DNA from: Octopus sinensis
Taxonomy: Eukaryota
Direction: 5' to 3'
Assembly: GCF_006345805.1 (NCBI RefSeq)
Contig: NC_043000.1
Span: 72,912,001-72,976,000, forward strand
Length of the DNA: 64,000 nt
Below are positions 1-12,867 of this stretch, in pieces (the stretch's first letter is position 1; every line of letters starts with the position of its first letter). The notes under the pieces are model-generated. The model saw only the letters and a list, made by a program, of their open reading frames with translations. It did no database searches and was not told the origin of the DNA. Made by a program: the position numbers and the translations under genes.

Positions 1-1189
1 TGAGACTGATGCAGACTTTTCTCAATTTCCATTAGCATTCTCTTGAGCCGAGACTTCTCACCACTTTTGGTGTGCTTGCTCAGGCGGTTCGCAATCCTTG
101 TCCGTCGTCTCATAAGAATCTTCCTTTCTCTAGGGATCCTGCTTTTGTTTTTGTGTGTGCTGGCCCTGCATACTGGGACATATTTGTCACATATGGCTTG
201 TATTATAGACATGAAGCGTTTGTGTTTCATGTCAATGTCTGGTGTGGAGAGACATTTAGGCCAATCCTGTTTGAGGATCTCTTTCTCAATCAACTTCCAA
301 TTTGCTTTATGAAAGTTTAATTTGGAGAGATTGTGGATGCTTCATATAGGCTGTGTGTCTGTGGAGGCTTTTGGTCCATACATAGACAGCTCTATTATGT
401 TGTGATCCGAGATCATTGTCGGCATCACTTTAACATTATGGATAATATCCATATTGTTTGTGAAGCAGAGATCCAGTATATTATTTGCCCTGGTTGGTTG
501 CAGCACTATTTGCTCCATGAAAGAGGCATTTGTGAGATGGAGCAGGGACTCTGCCTGTGTCTGCTGATGGTGTGTCATCCCTGGGAGCATTCTGCCCCCC
601 AGGCCATTCCATATTGGGGAAGTTAAAGTCACCCATGAAGAATACACTGTTGTGTTGTTCCAGGTTGGTGAGAACTTCTCCTATTTTTGTTAGGCAGTCT
701 TCAAACATGCCTGTGTGATTTGGGGCATCCGGTGGGCGATATGTAGTACATATGACGATATTCAGTTGTCTTATGTGTACAATTTGAGTGTCACACACTG
801 AGTTTGAATATGACAACAGGACCTGGGGCGTTAGGTCATCTCGGATGTACATTGCAACTCCACCATGGCTCTTCCCTTTTCTATCTGAGCGTACGACAAC
901 ATATTGCGGTATGTGTATTTCTGCATCCCCTATATCAGGTCCAAGATGCGTTTCTATGAGTGCCATGCATATAGCTTGATTGCATACTGCAAGGTCTCTC
1001 AGGAATGAGATTTTCCTTTTGCAGTTTCCTCGCAGCAGCCCTCCTACATTTAGTAGAAATATTTTTGTGGTGTGTGTGTTGGTGTCTGTGGTGGCCATCC
1101 TGCATCTGTTGGTGGTGGCCTTATGTGATGGTAGTTCTAGCTTTGTAGCCAGGTCAGCTGCTGGACAATTTTTTGTGCCATGCACAAAA

Positions 1190-1764
1190 AAGATTGCTGT
1201 TTAGCTGCTGCCCTTCTCACATCTGGGTGAAGCTGGCCATTTGTTGGGCTATGCAGTATCTTTTTTGGACCGCATATCGTCTTTCAGGAGTAGTCAGTGC
1301 GCCATTTTACCTTCTTTGATATTTTTTTCTTTTTCTTTTTGTTCTCCCCATGAGAGGGATTTTTTCCTTGTGTCCATGCGGTTTTGGCAGGGCTTCTGAT
1401 GTGCAAAATGACAGTTTGCACCATCGACGCCATGCCAGCAGTCTCCCTTCAGGTAGAATTTGCAGATGCTTCTGCTTTTGCCCTTGTAGCTTTTGCTGGG
1501 GTTCTTCTGTCTTTTCTGAACAGTGTTTGTTTTAGTTTTCTTGTCTTTTACCTCTTTTTTTCCGTCGACTTTAGGGTGCTTTCCTTTTTTTGTGGCCATC
1601 GCACCTCTTTGGTCTTCAGTTGTGTTGGGAGCTGGACATGTGCCATTGTTTCTCTTGGTTGCAGGTATCTCAGTTGTGTCTTTTGTTGGGTCCTGGATGC
1701 TTTCTCCATCCTTTTGGTCTTCCCTGGTGCAGTCACCTCTTAGGATGATGTCCAGTGTGTCCAT
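1190..1764 (-). pseudogene. LINE ORF1 with CCCH zinc finger, Lys-rich, frameshifted
   Basis: ORF 1294-1764 contains CKFYLKGDCWHGVDGANCHFAH (C-x7-C-x8-C-x3-H) and lies directly upstream of the APE ORF. Confidence 0.7.
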
Positions 1765-1974
1765 GTGTTACCTGATTAGAGTGTATGAACGGAGGATTTT
1801 TGTGTATCTTTCACTCTTTCTGGGTGGTGGTCATGGAGAAATCATTGCTCTTAAGCGCTACTGCAATGATATTGTTTGGAGAGTCACCCTCGGCAATCTT
1901 CCAGGTGCAGACAAACAATTGCAGCTCCCTTGCAGACCAGTTCCTTGACATCTTCACTTGGGATACAGTGAGAG

Positions 1975-2640
1975 TGAAATAAAGGAACAGAGAGAGGAGG
2001 AAAATAAGGTGGTTGACCTGAGAGAGAGAGGAGAGAAGAGAAGGAAGAGAGAGAAAGGATGGCAGATCAGCAGGGGGAGAGAGCGGGATAGAGGTGTGGT
2101 AGATAGAAAGAAGTAAAGGGACAGAGAGGGTGGTGTGGAGAATGAAGGGGACAAAGAGAGGAAAAGAGAGACAAGGGGGTTGACCTGAGAAGGAGCGGAG
2201 AGAAGAAAAGGAGAGAGAGAGAGAGGGTGGGATAGAGATACAAGAGAGAGGGCGTGAGGGAGAAAAAAGAGAGAGTGGGAGAGGAGCGGGCGGGACAGAG
2301 AGGGGGCTGAGATGCGAGAGAGTTGATCTGAGAGAAAGCGGTGGTGGGGAGACGCAGAAAGAGAAAGCGAGTGGTGTTCAGCAGATGGTGGCAGACAGAG
2401 GGAGAGAGAGAGAGCAGAATAGAGGGTCTGAGAGACAGATAATGAGAGAAATAGGTGAGCAGGATAGGGGGTCTGAGGGAGGGAGAGACAGATAAGGAGG
2501 GGAGAATGGTAAGACAGAGATAGAAAGAGTAAGACAGATCAGTGGGGTTGGAGAGAGTAGAAGTGAGCAGAGGGGAAGGGAGAGTAAATGTGAGACAGAG
2601 AGCTATATAGTGGACTATATAGAATATGGCTGTGAAGATA
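1975..2640. repeat. GA-rich polypurine/polypyrimidine tract (LINE 5'UTR)
   Basis: Long run of gaga/ggag-type purine repeats on the + strand. Confidence 0.85.
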
Positions 2641-3255
2641 TGTAGCATAAACTACACAGAAAAGACAGATAGTCAGGATTGAGAGAAGAAAACACTGTAT
2701 CACGGACGAATTTATATACAAACACGTGCATTTAAAAGTAGTATAAAACATATACTCGCGATTATATCTATGGATATATTGGTGTTACAGAATATGCAAT
2801 AGATTATTAATAATAAATAATTTTTTTTATTTTCTTACCTTTTGGTTGAGAGAACACTTACCTTCACTTTGTTTTAGAAGAAAGAAAGATATAAAAAGAT
2901 AGACCTTCGATGTTCCCGTTTTAAGTAGCTTGCGATTTTGTAAACAAAAGGAGTCCTGATGTTCGAAGATGCAATATTGGTTTGTTTTTATGTTTTGATT
3001 AGCTTGCAAATTTAATATTTCAGCAATTTGATATGATTTGATATCCGGACGTAGCTTTTAATAGGGAAAAGTTAGTTAGCAGGTTAACAGAATAGCAAAT
3101 TTTTCTTTCTTTGTATATCCTTTTACACCACGCGGCTTCAGCACATGTGTTCAGTTCCCTGGTATCTTCGCAGCAAAAAAATATATATTATATATATATA
3201 TATATATAATATATATATATATAATATATAATATATAATATATATATATATATAT

Positions 3256-3749
3256 ATCTTATAATTAAGGGCTAAAGAAGGTTATTCTAAAGCCAATACA
3301 CTGATTTATCCACTTATAATCCACTTGTTACAGGAAAATTGAACTGAAAGCGGGCAACTAACCTTTAGAAAATTTAAATTTCGTTATCTCTATATTGAAT
3401 CAATTTGGGAATTAATCCCTATAAAGGATACATTCTTCTTCAGTAGAGCTTACGAGGGAATATAAATAAAATACTCACATGTGATCATGGAAAAAGCAGA
3501 AGCTAAAAACACAACTACATTTAAGTACATCATTTATATGTAAAAATAAAAATTCCTTGGTCAGTCTCAGAACAACGTGTTGACCTATCGCCGCTACATA
3601 TTGTAATGGTTACCTGTCCCCTTGTAACTTAATTTTCTAAAGGTTAGTTGCCCACTTTCAGTTCAATTTTCCTGTAACAAGTGGATTATAAGTGGATAAA
3701 TCAGTGTATTGGCTTTAGAATAACCTTCTTTAGCCCTTAATTATAAGAT
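3256..3749. repeat. Inverted repeat, ~119-bp arms (3256-3374 / 3630-3749), ~255-bp spacer
   Basis: atcttataattaagggctaaagaagg...cctttagaaaatt is reverse-complemented at 3630-3749 with about one mismatch. Confidence 0.9.
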
Positions 3750-3912
3750 GTTTATATTTCAACCGTAAAGGTTTTTTAATATACTGCCACACTTTTTGAT
3801 GGAATCCTTTTCTGTAGAGAAAGGGACTTCATCCTATATTGTTAGTATATATATATATATATATATATATGAATAAAAAATGGAGTTAACGCGGGTGTAA
3901 TCAAATATTTTT

Positions 3913-3998
3913 ACTTTCAACACATGTTTCGAAAATTCCACTGATACTATTCAAAAGAATAAATGGTATAAACAATGCAATCTTCTCCTCAGGAAAGT
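3913..3998 (-). ncRNA. Type I minimal hammerhead ribozyme (PLE-associated)
   Basis: Minus strand: actttc-CUGAGGA-gaaga[...]ttttc-GAAA-C-ATGT-G-U-U-gaaagt. Complete core, 6-bp stem I, G-C closing stem II, palindromic short stem III, GUU cleavage triplet. Confidence 0.85.
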
Positions 3999-4199
3999 GA
4001 AAAAAACGAAACTCGTCAATAAGACATTTTTGCAAAAAATGATGGATTTGTATAGCGATTGACAGAACGCTATTAATATTGTTTAAAAAAACGTTATATG
4101 ATATAACGTCATAAGTAGCTAACAGAAACAGTAGGGATATTAATAGTGAATGTTAAATATAAAGGAAATTAAAGTTTAAATTATATATAATGATAGAGA

Positions 4200-4830
4200 C
4201 TACTTATATGCACTAAATGTATGTTTTTGCCAATACTTACATCTGTATGCTTGCTCTATAACCGTGTTTACTAGAGTATTTTTAGAAAAAATAATGAAAA
4301 ATAGCTCAGAATTGCAGAGAAGACAGAATTTCTTGCCTTTGTCATATGGTATCGAAATTGAGAGAATCAACCATTCTAAATGAAATTGTTCATTGTGGTC
4401 CTTTAAATCCCAAATCAGTTTGCTGAGACCGGTACTATTCCGTTTATTTCTATCCCTAAATAGTAATGGAATATAGAAAATTCTTTTAGATAACTCTAAC
4501 AATGTGCTTCCAATGTAAAATCGTACTTTATTATGAGTACTGATTATACACTGGTATATAGAATTTTTAACCTTAGAGTTACTTGACATAAACTTAATTC
4601 TATTGGAATTGACTTCAGATACAATAACCTTATTAATATTTCTAGAGGGTTAGATGGTATAAGATAAATTAATGTTAGTTTTAGTAAATGTATTAATATT
4701 TAACAGTTTGTTATTATGAGAAGAGATCATTTGCAACTTTCCACCTTTATAAACAAGGAGTTACAACACCTTTACTTGTGAGATTTTTGCTGCCCTGGTA
4801 ACTATCTATTTATTTTTTCCGTGTTAATTG
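4200..4830 (-). pseudogene. Penelope-like element GIY-YIG endonuclease fragment
   Basis: NSIYQC...FYIGST...RNSTGLSKLIWDLKD...W.IL...PYDKGKKFCLLCNSE is a PLE GIY-YIG C-terminus, homologous to 6092-6830 and 38280-38555. Confidence 0.8.
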
Positions 4831-4852
4831 TTAACAAGGTAAAAATACACTC

Positions 4853-4889
<37 letters not shown>

Positions 4890-4891
<2 letters not shown>

Positions 4892-5680
4892 GAATTTTTC
4901 CTTTTGAACGGCAGTTTCCAACAACACAATTGCTAGTTAACTAAACACTTTTAAACTTCGTATACTGGTAGAATGTGTTTATAAAACATCATTTTTTTCT
5001 TGGCTTTATTGAGAAAATTCTATATGTTGTAACATATTTCCACTTTAAAATCGAGCATTTCGGCAATTTTAACCAACCAAATGTTTGGGGTGAAAACATA
5101 CCGTGCTGTATGAATATGCCCCTCGTTTAAGAAACAGATTGGGTTTATTTACATTTGCGAAGAAAAAAGATACCCTTCCCCCACCCCTCACTCTAACTAA
5201 ACCTAACCCTAAAATAGATTGAATTGCAATAGATCGATATTAGGGTTATAATTATGGGTGACAATTTCATTTGACACCGCTAGAAAAAAATCCCATTTTC
5301 CGTAGCGGTGTCGTATGAAATTGTCACCCATAATTATAACCCTAGTATCGATCTATTGTATTTCAATCTATTTTAGGGTTAGGGGTGGGGGAAGGGTATC
5401 TTTTTCTTTGCAAATGTAAGTAAACCCAATCTGTTTCTTAAACGAGGGGCATATTCATACAGCACAGTATGTTTTCACTCCAAATGGACATATTTGATTG
5501 GTTAAAATTGCCGAAATGCTCAATTTTAAAGTGGAAATATGTTACAAACTATAGAATTTTCTCAATAAAGCCAAGAAAAAATGATGTTTTATAAACACAT
5601 TTTACCAGTATACGAAGTTTAAAAGTATTTAGTTAACTAGAAATTGTGTTGACATATGCCATTCAAAAGGAAAAGATCCA
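4890..5680. mobile_element. Foldback/MITE-like palindromic element (~390-bp arms, ~20-bp loop) in TA microsatellite
   Basis: ggaatttttccttttgaacggc... mirrored by ...gccattcaaaaggaaaagatcc; centre gacaccgcta-[loop]-tagcggtgtc; contains taaccctaa/ttagggtta motifs. Confidence 0.85.
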
Positions 5681-5810
5681 TATATTATATATATATATAT
5701 AATATATATATTGGTAAAAACAGTAAGATAACAAAAGAAAGAAAAAGACCTCAATATTATGTAAATAGAGGAAAGTTATCTGTAAATTAATATGTTACCA
5801 TTATTCAATA

Positions 5811-5880
5811 GCCAAGATAAAACTCTGAGTTTCGGATGCTGAAGTGGAAATCCACAACACCATCTCTTCGGTTATATGGC
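5811..5880 (-). ncRNA. Degenerate type I hammerhead ribozyme
   Basis: gccatataa-CCGAAGA-gatg[..]catc-c-GAAA-CTC-A-GAG-U-U-ttatcttggc. Stems I, II and III pair, but U4->C and one unpaired C at the base of stem II. Confidence 0.6.
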
Positions 5881-5974
5881 CATCTGAAAAACGCTATGAA
5901 AAAATACAGTTATTCAAAGGGAAATTACTGTGTTATAATTCTGCTACTTATATAAATTAAGGAAGCCCAATGAT

Positions 5975-6840
5975 AGACTTAGTTATATTAATGTAGGTTC
6001 ATGCCATCTCCCTATAGTATTCAAATTTTAGATAAAAATATTAGTAAGAGAATTTCTAGCCTCTCCTCCAATAAGGACATTTTTAATAGCATTGCCCAAG
6101 GCTTTAAAAGATAGTGGTTTTAGTGAAAAAATAAAATTTACACCTGTTACTAGCCCAACAGTAAAGAAGAGGAAAAATAGAAATAGGAAGATCATCTGGT
6201 TTACACCCCCTTACTCACCCGAGGTGACCTTCAATATAGGTAAATATTTCTTAACATTGATTGATAGACATTTTCCAGTTAACCATATTTATAGGAAACT
6301 CTTCAATAAACACAATTCAAAAATTAGTTTTAGTTCAACTACCAGTTTTAAAAATATAATCACACATAACACACAAAAACCACAACAAGAAAACAGCTGT
6401 TCATGCAGGAATAAAAAATTGTGCCCGCTAAATGGAGTTTGCATGTCCGAGACCATCATCTATGAAGCTACCAGGGACTCTATGACGACTAAAGACACCA
6501 TTTCGACGAAGAAATACGTGGGCCTTACAGGGGGTAATTTCAAGGCCAGGTTCAATAACCACACCTTGAGTTTTAGGCACTGGAACAAAAGAAAAGTGAC
6601 AAAATTATCCAATCATATTTGGTTATTAAACAATAAAGGTGTCAATTACAACATCCATTGGAAGATTTTGGCCAAATGTAAGCCCTACAGCAACGGCAGC
6701 GGAAAGTGCGATCTATGCGACATGGAGAGATGGCTTATCTGGAAAAGCAGCTTAGACCCTACTACATGTCTAAACTCAAGGACAGAACTTTTCGGATCAT
6801 GCCTACATGTGACAAAATTTTTGTTACTTTTTTGCCCCCC
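5975..6840 (+). pseudogene. Penelope-like element 3' part (RT C-terminus, linker, GIY-YIG)
   Basis: ALKDSGF...RKIIWFTPPYS...CSCRNKKLCPLNGVC...IIYEA...YVGLTGGNFKARFNNH...CDLCDMER. Confidence 0.9.
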
Positions 6841-7189
6841 CCCCCCCCCCCGAATACAGATACAACTTGTTTTCTATATTATGTCCCAAAAAGTTTTTTA
6901 TCTCATTATACTTTTATTTTTTCATATATTTTTATATTTTTACACAATAATTTTTTCTGTACTCTTCCATCCTGCATTTTTTCCTGTGCCTATATAGACA
7001 TGTATATAGAATCATTTGTACACGTGTGTGAATATATATGAGTGGGCAGGTGTGTATGTATATAGATGTGTGCGGGCATAAGAATACATATAGTATATAG
7101 ACGTTTTTACTTGGTATTTTTACAATTTTTTTCCGTGTTTTTGGGGGGGCGTATGTATAATTTTTTTTGTGTATGCGTGTGTGTTTATG

Positions 7190-10100
7190 CAGAAACCGGA
7201 AGCCCTCCTGTACCAGTAGTCCTATAAAGAAATGAGTATTTAGAAAAACAGAAGAAAAAAGGAAGGACCGAAAACAAAAATAAGGAGGGAAAGGGAAGAA
7301 AAGGCAAAACAACCAAAGCTGAAACCCCAACCCACCACACAAACAGCAGAGAACCCCATGGAGGATCCAATGCCACCCAGTACACTTCAGGAAAGAAGAA
7401 ATCTGGAAGGCACTGAAGAACCTGTAAATTCTACCTGCGGGGCAAATGTTGGCATGAGGAGGACGGCAAAAACTTCCGGTTCACCCACCCGACACCCTGC
7501 CAGAACTTCAGGGGACTCAAAGAAAAGAGCTTTACTGACGGAAGACAAGAAATGTCTCCCAGGAAAACTTTCAAAAAAGAAGTGTGCTCCTCAGATGTTC
7601 TGCGCAACGCAACAGCTGAGCAAGAGTCTTTTTTATGCTTGGCACAAAGAATTGTCCGGCAGCTAACCTGGCTACACCAAGCACAGAGAAGGAACCCTGC
7701 CCACCACTATGCAAGTTCACCACAGTCAACAGACATGGGATGGCCTCCCCTAACGCCTGCACAGCCGTCACCCCAATACTTTTACTAAATATTGGGGGCC
7801 CTGTTGCATCAAAGTAGAAACAAAATTTCTTTCCTGAGAGATCTTACTGCATGCAATCAAGCCCTATGCATAGCACTCATGGAAACTCACCTCAGCCCTG
7901 ATATAGAGGACGCAGAAGTACACATACCAAACTATGCCATACTGCAAACAGACAGAAGGGAAAGGAGCCATGGTAGAGTTGCTGTATACATCCGAGATGA
8001 CCTCACACCCCAGGTCTCAATGACATACTCAAACTCGGTATGTGTCACTCTAATTGTATACATAAGACAACATAATATAGTCATATGCAATACATATTGC
8101 CCACCAGATGCCCCAAATCACATAGGCAAGTTTGAAGATTGCTTCACAAGAATGAAAGAAATCCACATGAATCTGGAACACCACATGACCATATTTCTTA
8201 TGGGTGATTTCAACTTCCCCAACTTCAAATGGCCTGAAGGTCTCATACTCTCAGGAATGAATCATTTCAAGCAAGTGCAGGTGGAGTCCCTGCTCAACCT
8301 CACCAACGCCTTATTCGTGGAGCAAGTTGTACTCAAACCAACTAGGGCGAATAACATTCTGGATCTCTGCTTCACGAACAATATGGATATCATTCATGAT
8401 GTGAAAGTGACACCGACATTAGTTTCGGATCACAACATAATAGAGCTGTCTATGTTTGGGCCAAAAGTAACCAGAGACATACAGCCTAAAGGAAGCACCC
8501 AAAATCTCTCCAATCTGAACTTCCACAAAGCAGATTGGAAATCGATCCAAAAAGAGATCCTCAGAGAGTACTGGCCGGAATGTCTCTTCACACCAGACAT
8601 TGACATGAAACTAGAATGTTTCATGTCTTCTGTGCAAGCCGTAGGCCAGAAATATGTCCCAGAGCACAAGGCCAAAACAAATAGGAGCAAGATTCCAAGA
8701 GACAGGAAAATCCTCATGAGACGATGGACGAAGGTTGCAAATTGTCTCAACCAACATCCCAAAAGTAGCGAAACATCCCGCCTAAAAACAACACTGATGG
8801 AGATCGAAAAAAGGCTGCAACAATCCTATATGAGGGAGAAAGCAGACAAAGAAGCCTGGGTTATAAAAACCATTAAATCAAACCCAAAGGCCTTCTTTCA
8901 TTACATGAAAGAAACAGTCTCAGTGCACTACAAGATAGGACCCTGGCTCCAACTAAGATCAGTGAGATGCTGAATGACCAGTTCAAAAGTGTCTTTACCA
9001 CCCTGTTGGAACACAGACAAGTGAACGAACCAGTGGACTTCTTTGCCGCCTCACCTATAACCAGCGAGGCGATTACAATAGAATGTATTGACATTAGCGA
9101 AGAAGATGTCCTACTAGCCATAGATGAAGATGACACAAACTCAACTGCTGGTCCAGATGGTTTCCCAGCAATCCTCCTCAAACCTCGTAAACATGCCCTG
9201 GCAAAACCCCTCAAGATTCTCTTCCAGAGCTTTCTTTCGAATGGCAAACTGCCAAGCAAGCTGAAGGAGGGAATAATATGCCCAATACATAAAGGGGGGG
9301 GGGGTAGAGCAGATGCCAAAAACTATAGGCCTATCTCTCTGACTTCACACATCAGCAAAGTCATGGAACGGATAGTCAGAAAGAAACTAATCGCATTCCT
9401 TGAGGAAAATAATTTGCTGAGTGATACCCAGCATGGCTTTCGACCAGGTAGGAGCTACCTGACCCAGCTCTTACAACATTATGACTGGGTGTTGAGGCAG
9501 TTACTCAACAAATCAAATGTGGACGTAATATACCTTGATTTTGCAAAAGCTTTTGACAAGGTGGATCATGATTTGCCACAAACTGCGTGACCTCGGCATA
9601 GCTGGAAAACTTGGAGTGTGTTACATGACTTGCTGAAAGATAGGAGTCAGGCAGTAGTGGTTAATGGAGCCACCTCTATGAACACACAAATAGTGAGCGG
9701 TGTTCCACAGGGCACTGTCTTGGGACCACTGCTTTTTATAGTGGCCCTCTCAGATATGCACTCAAATGCCCGGATAGCCACTCTGGCAAGCTATGCAGAC
9801 GATACGAAAGTCTCGCAGAAAATACAGAACCCCAGCGATGTTGCATACCTGCAGCAGGAGTTGAACTCAATCTACAGATGGACTGAGGATAATAATATGC
9901 AGTTTAATGCTGAAAAATTCCAGGCCCTGTGCTACCAGCATCCAAAACTGAATATTAAACTTACAGGATACACCGGTCCACAGGGAATTTCAATCCCAGA
10001 GCCTAAGTCTGTGAGGGATCTGGGTATCGACATGAGTGATGATACCTCTTTCCAAGTGCACATTACCAGATGGCAACAAAGTGCAGACGACTGGCTGGAT

Positions 10101-10780
10101 GGATCCTAAGAACATTCAGAACCAGAGATAAGGAAACCATGATGGTCCTCTGGCGGACATTCGTCCTCAGCCACCTGGATTACTGCTCACAGCTATGGTC
10201 ACCCACCAGTGTAAAATTAACAGCGGACCTTGAAGCAATCCAGAGAAGATTCACAAAGAAGATTGTCTCTTTGGAACAGCTCAGCTACTGGGAAAGGTTG
10301 AAACAGCTAAGACTCTACTCCCTGGAGAAAAGACGGGAGAGGTATGCAGTAATATATGTCTGGAAGATCCTTGAAGGAATTGTGCCAAATTTTGGTATTG
10401 TAAGCTACACCAATGCTAGAACGGAATGACACTGCATAGTGCCAAAGATCCCAGCAATGCCATCACGCTTCAGGACCAGCTTCTGCAACAGCCTGGGTTT
10501 CAAGGGCCCACAGCTTTTTAATATTCTCCCAAAGAGTCTGAGGAACTTGCACAAAGTAGATGTACAGGTTTTTAAATCAAAGCTAGACATCTTCCTGTCG
10601 AGAGTCCCAGATGAACCTACCTCACGGCAAGAGGTGCAAATGAGGGTAGCTATATCAAACTCCATTCTTCACCAAGTGCCACATATTAGAGGAGGTTCTT
10701 TGTAATGACAATGTAGCACAAAACGGTGGTGTATCAGCATGGCCGCAGCTCTGAGCTGAAACAAGCGAAAAGAAAAATAA
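7190..10780 (+). mobile_element. CR1/L2-group LINE copy B, near full length, frameshifted (ORF1 CCCH remnant, APE, RT, 3' tail)
   Basis: APE 7792-8973. RT motifs GPDG, YRPISLTS, QHGFRPGRS, YLDFAKAFDKV, GVPQGTVLGPLLF, YADD. C-terminal LYSLEKRRERY. TCKFYLRGKCWH at ~7437. Ends in a stem-loop and A-rich tail at the TA array. Confidence 0.92.
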
Positions 10781-10781
10781 T

Positions 10782-10826
10782 TTATATATATATATATATA
10801 ATATAAATATATATTATATATATATA

Positions 10827-10865
<39 letters not shown>

Positions 10866-11001
10866 CTGAAACTGGAAAATCAAAATCAATCAAATATAAA
10901 TATATTATATATTATATAAATATTATATATTATATAAATATATATATATATATAAATATATTATATATTATATAAATATATATACATATATAAATATATT
11001 A

Positions 11002-11045
<44 letters not shown>

Positions 11046-11133
11046 TATAAAATATATATATATATATAATATATAATATAATTATATAAATATATAATAT
11101 ATAATATTATATATATATATATTATATATTATA

Positions 11134-11176
<43 letters not shown>

Positions 11177-11182
11177 TATAAA

Positions 11183-11215
<33 letters not shown>

Positions 11216-11251
11216 TATAAATATATATATATATATATATATATTATATAA

Positions 11252-11298
<47 letters not shown>

Positions 11299-11347
11299 AT
11301 ATATATATAAGATATATATATATATATAGATATATATTATATATAAT

Positions 11348-11379
<32 letters not shown>

Positions 11380-11419
11380 ATTATTATATATATATTATAA
11401 TATATATATATATATATAT

Positions 11420-11489
<70 letters not shown>

Positions 11490-11521
11490 TATATATTATA
11501 TAATATATTATATATATTATA

Positions 11522-11596
<75 letters not shown>

Positions 11597-11934
11597 ATAT
11601 ATTATATATATATAATATTATATATATATTATATATATATATATATTATTATATATATATATATATATATATTATTATATATATATATATTATTATATAT
11701 ATATATATAATTATATATATTATATATATATATATTATATTATATTATATATATATATATATATATATTATATATTATATAATATATTATTATATATATA
11801 TTATATAAATATATATATATTATAATATTATATAAATATATATATATTATATATTATATATATTATAATATATATATATATATATAATTATATATATATA
11901 TATTATAATATATATATTATATTATATAATATAT

Positions 11935-11980
<46 letters not shown>

Positions 11981-12009
11981 ATATATATATTATATAAATA
12001 TATATATAT

Positions 12010-12040
<31 letters not shown>

Positions 12041-12298
12041 TATATAAATAATATTATATATATATATTATATAAATATAATATATATATATATTATATAA
12101 ATATATATTATATATATATTATATAAATATATATATATATATATATTATATAAATATATATATATATATATATTATATAAATATATATATATATATATTA
12201 TATAAATATATATATATATATAATATATAAATATAATATATATATATATTATATAAATATATATATATATATATATTATATAAATATATATATATATT

Positions 12299-12332
<34 letters not shown>

Positions 12333-12512
12333 TATAATTATATAATATATATATATATATATATTATATATTATATAAATATATATATATATATATATTA
12401 TATAAATATATATATATATATATAGATATATATATTATATATTATATAAATATATATATATAATATATTATATAAATATATATATAATATATATAATATA
12501 TATATTATATAT

Positions 12513-12601
<89 letters not shown>

Positions 12602-12603
12602 AA

Positions 12604-12635
<32 letters not shown>

Positions 12636-12640
12636 TATAT

Positions 12641-12711
<71 letters not shown>

Positions 12712-12790
12712 TATATTATATAAATATATATAGATATATATATATATATATTATATAAATATATATATATATATATATATTTATTTATTT

Positions 12791-12828
<38 letters not shown>

Positions 12829-12867
12829 TATAAAATATATATATATTATATATATTTATTTATTTCT

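Larger units (their letters stand above)
1..2760 (-). mobile_element. CR1/L2-group LINE copy A (CT-rich 5'UTR, ORF1, APE part of ORF2; runs off window start)
   Basis: ORFs 481-1185 and 342-647 give APE motifs (LLNVGGL, ALIETHL, GGVAMYI, YRPP, GDFNFP, NILDLCF, SDHNII). Clearly homologous to 7792-8973. Upstream ORF1 and pyrimidine-rich leader on the sense strand. Confidence 0.85.

Noticed and set aside
3365-3450. CUGAAGA...GAAA motif on the minus strand
   Set aside because: Stems I and II do not pair; not a credible hammerhead.
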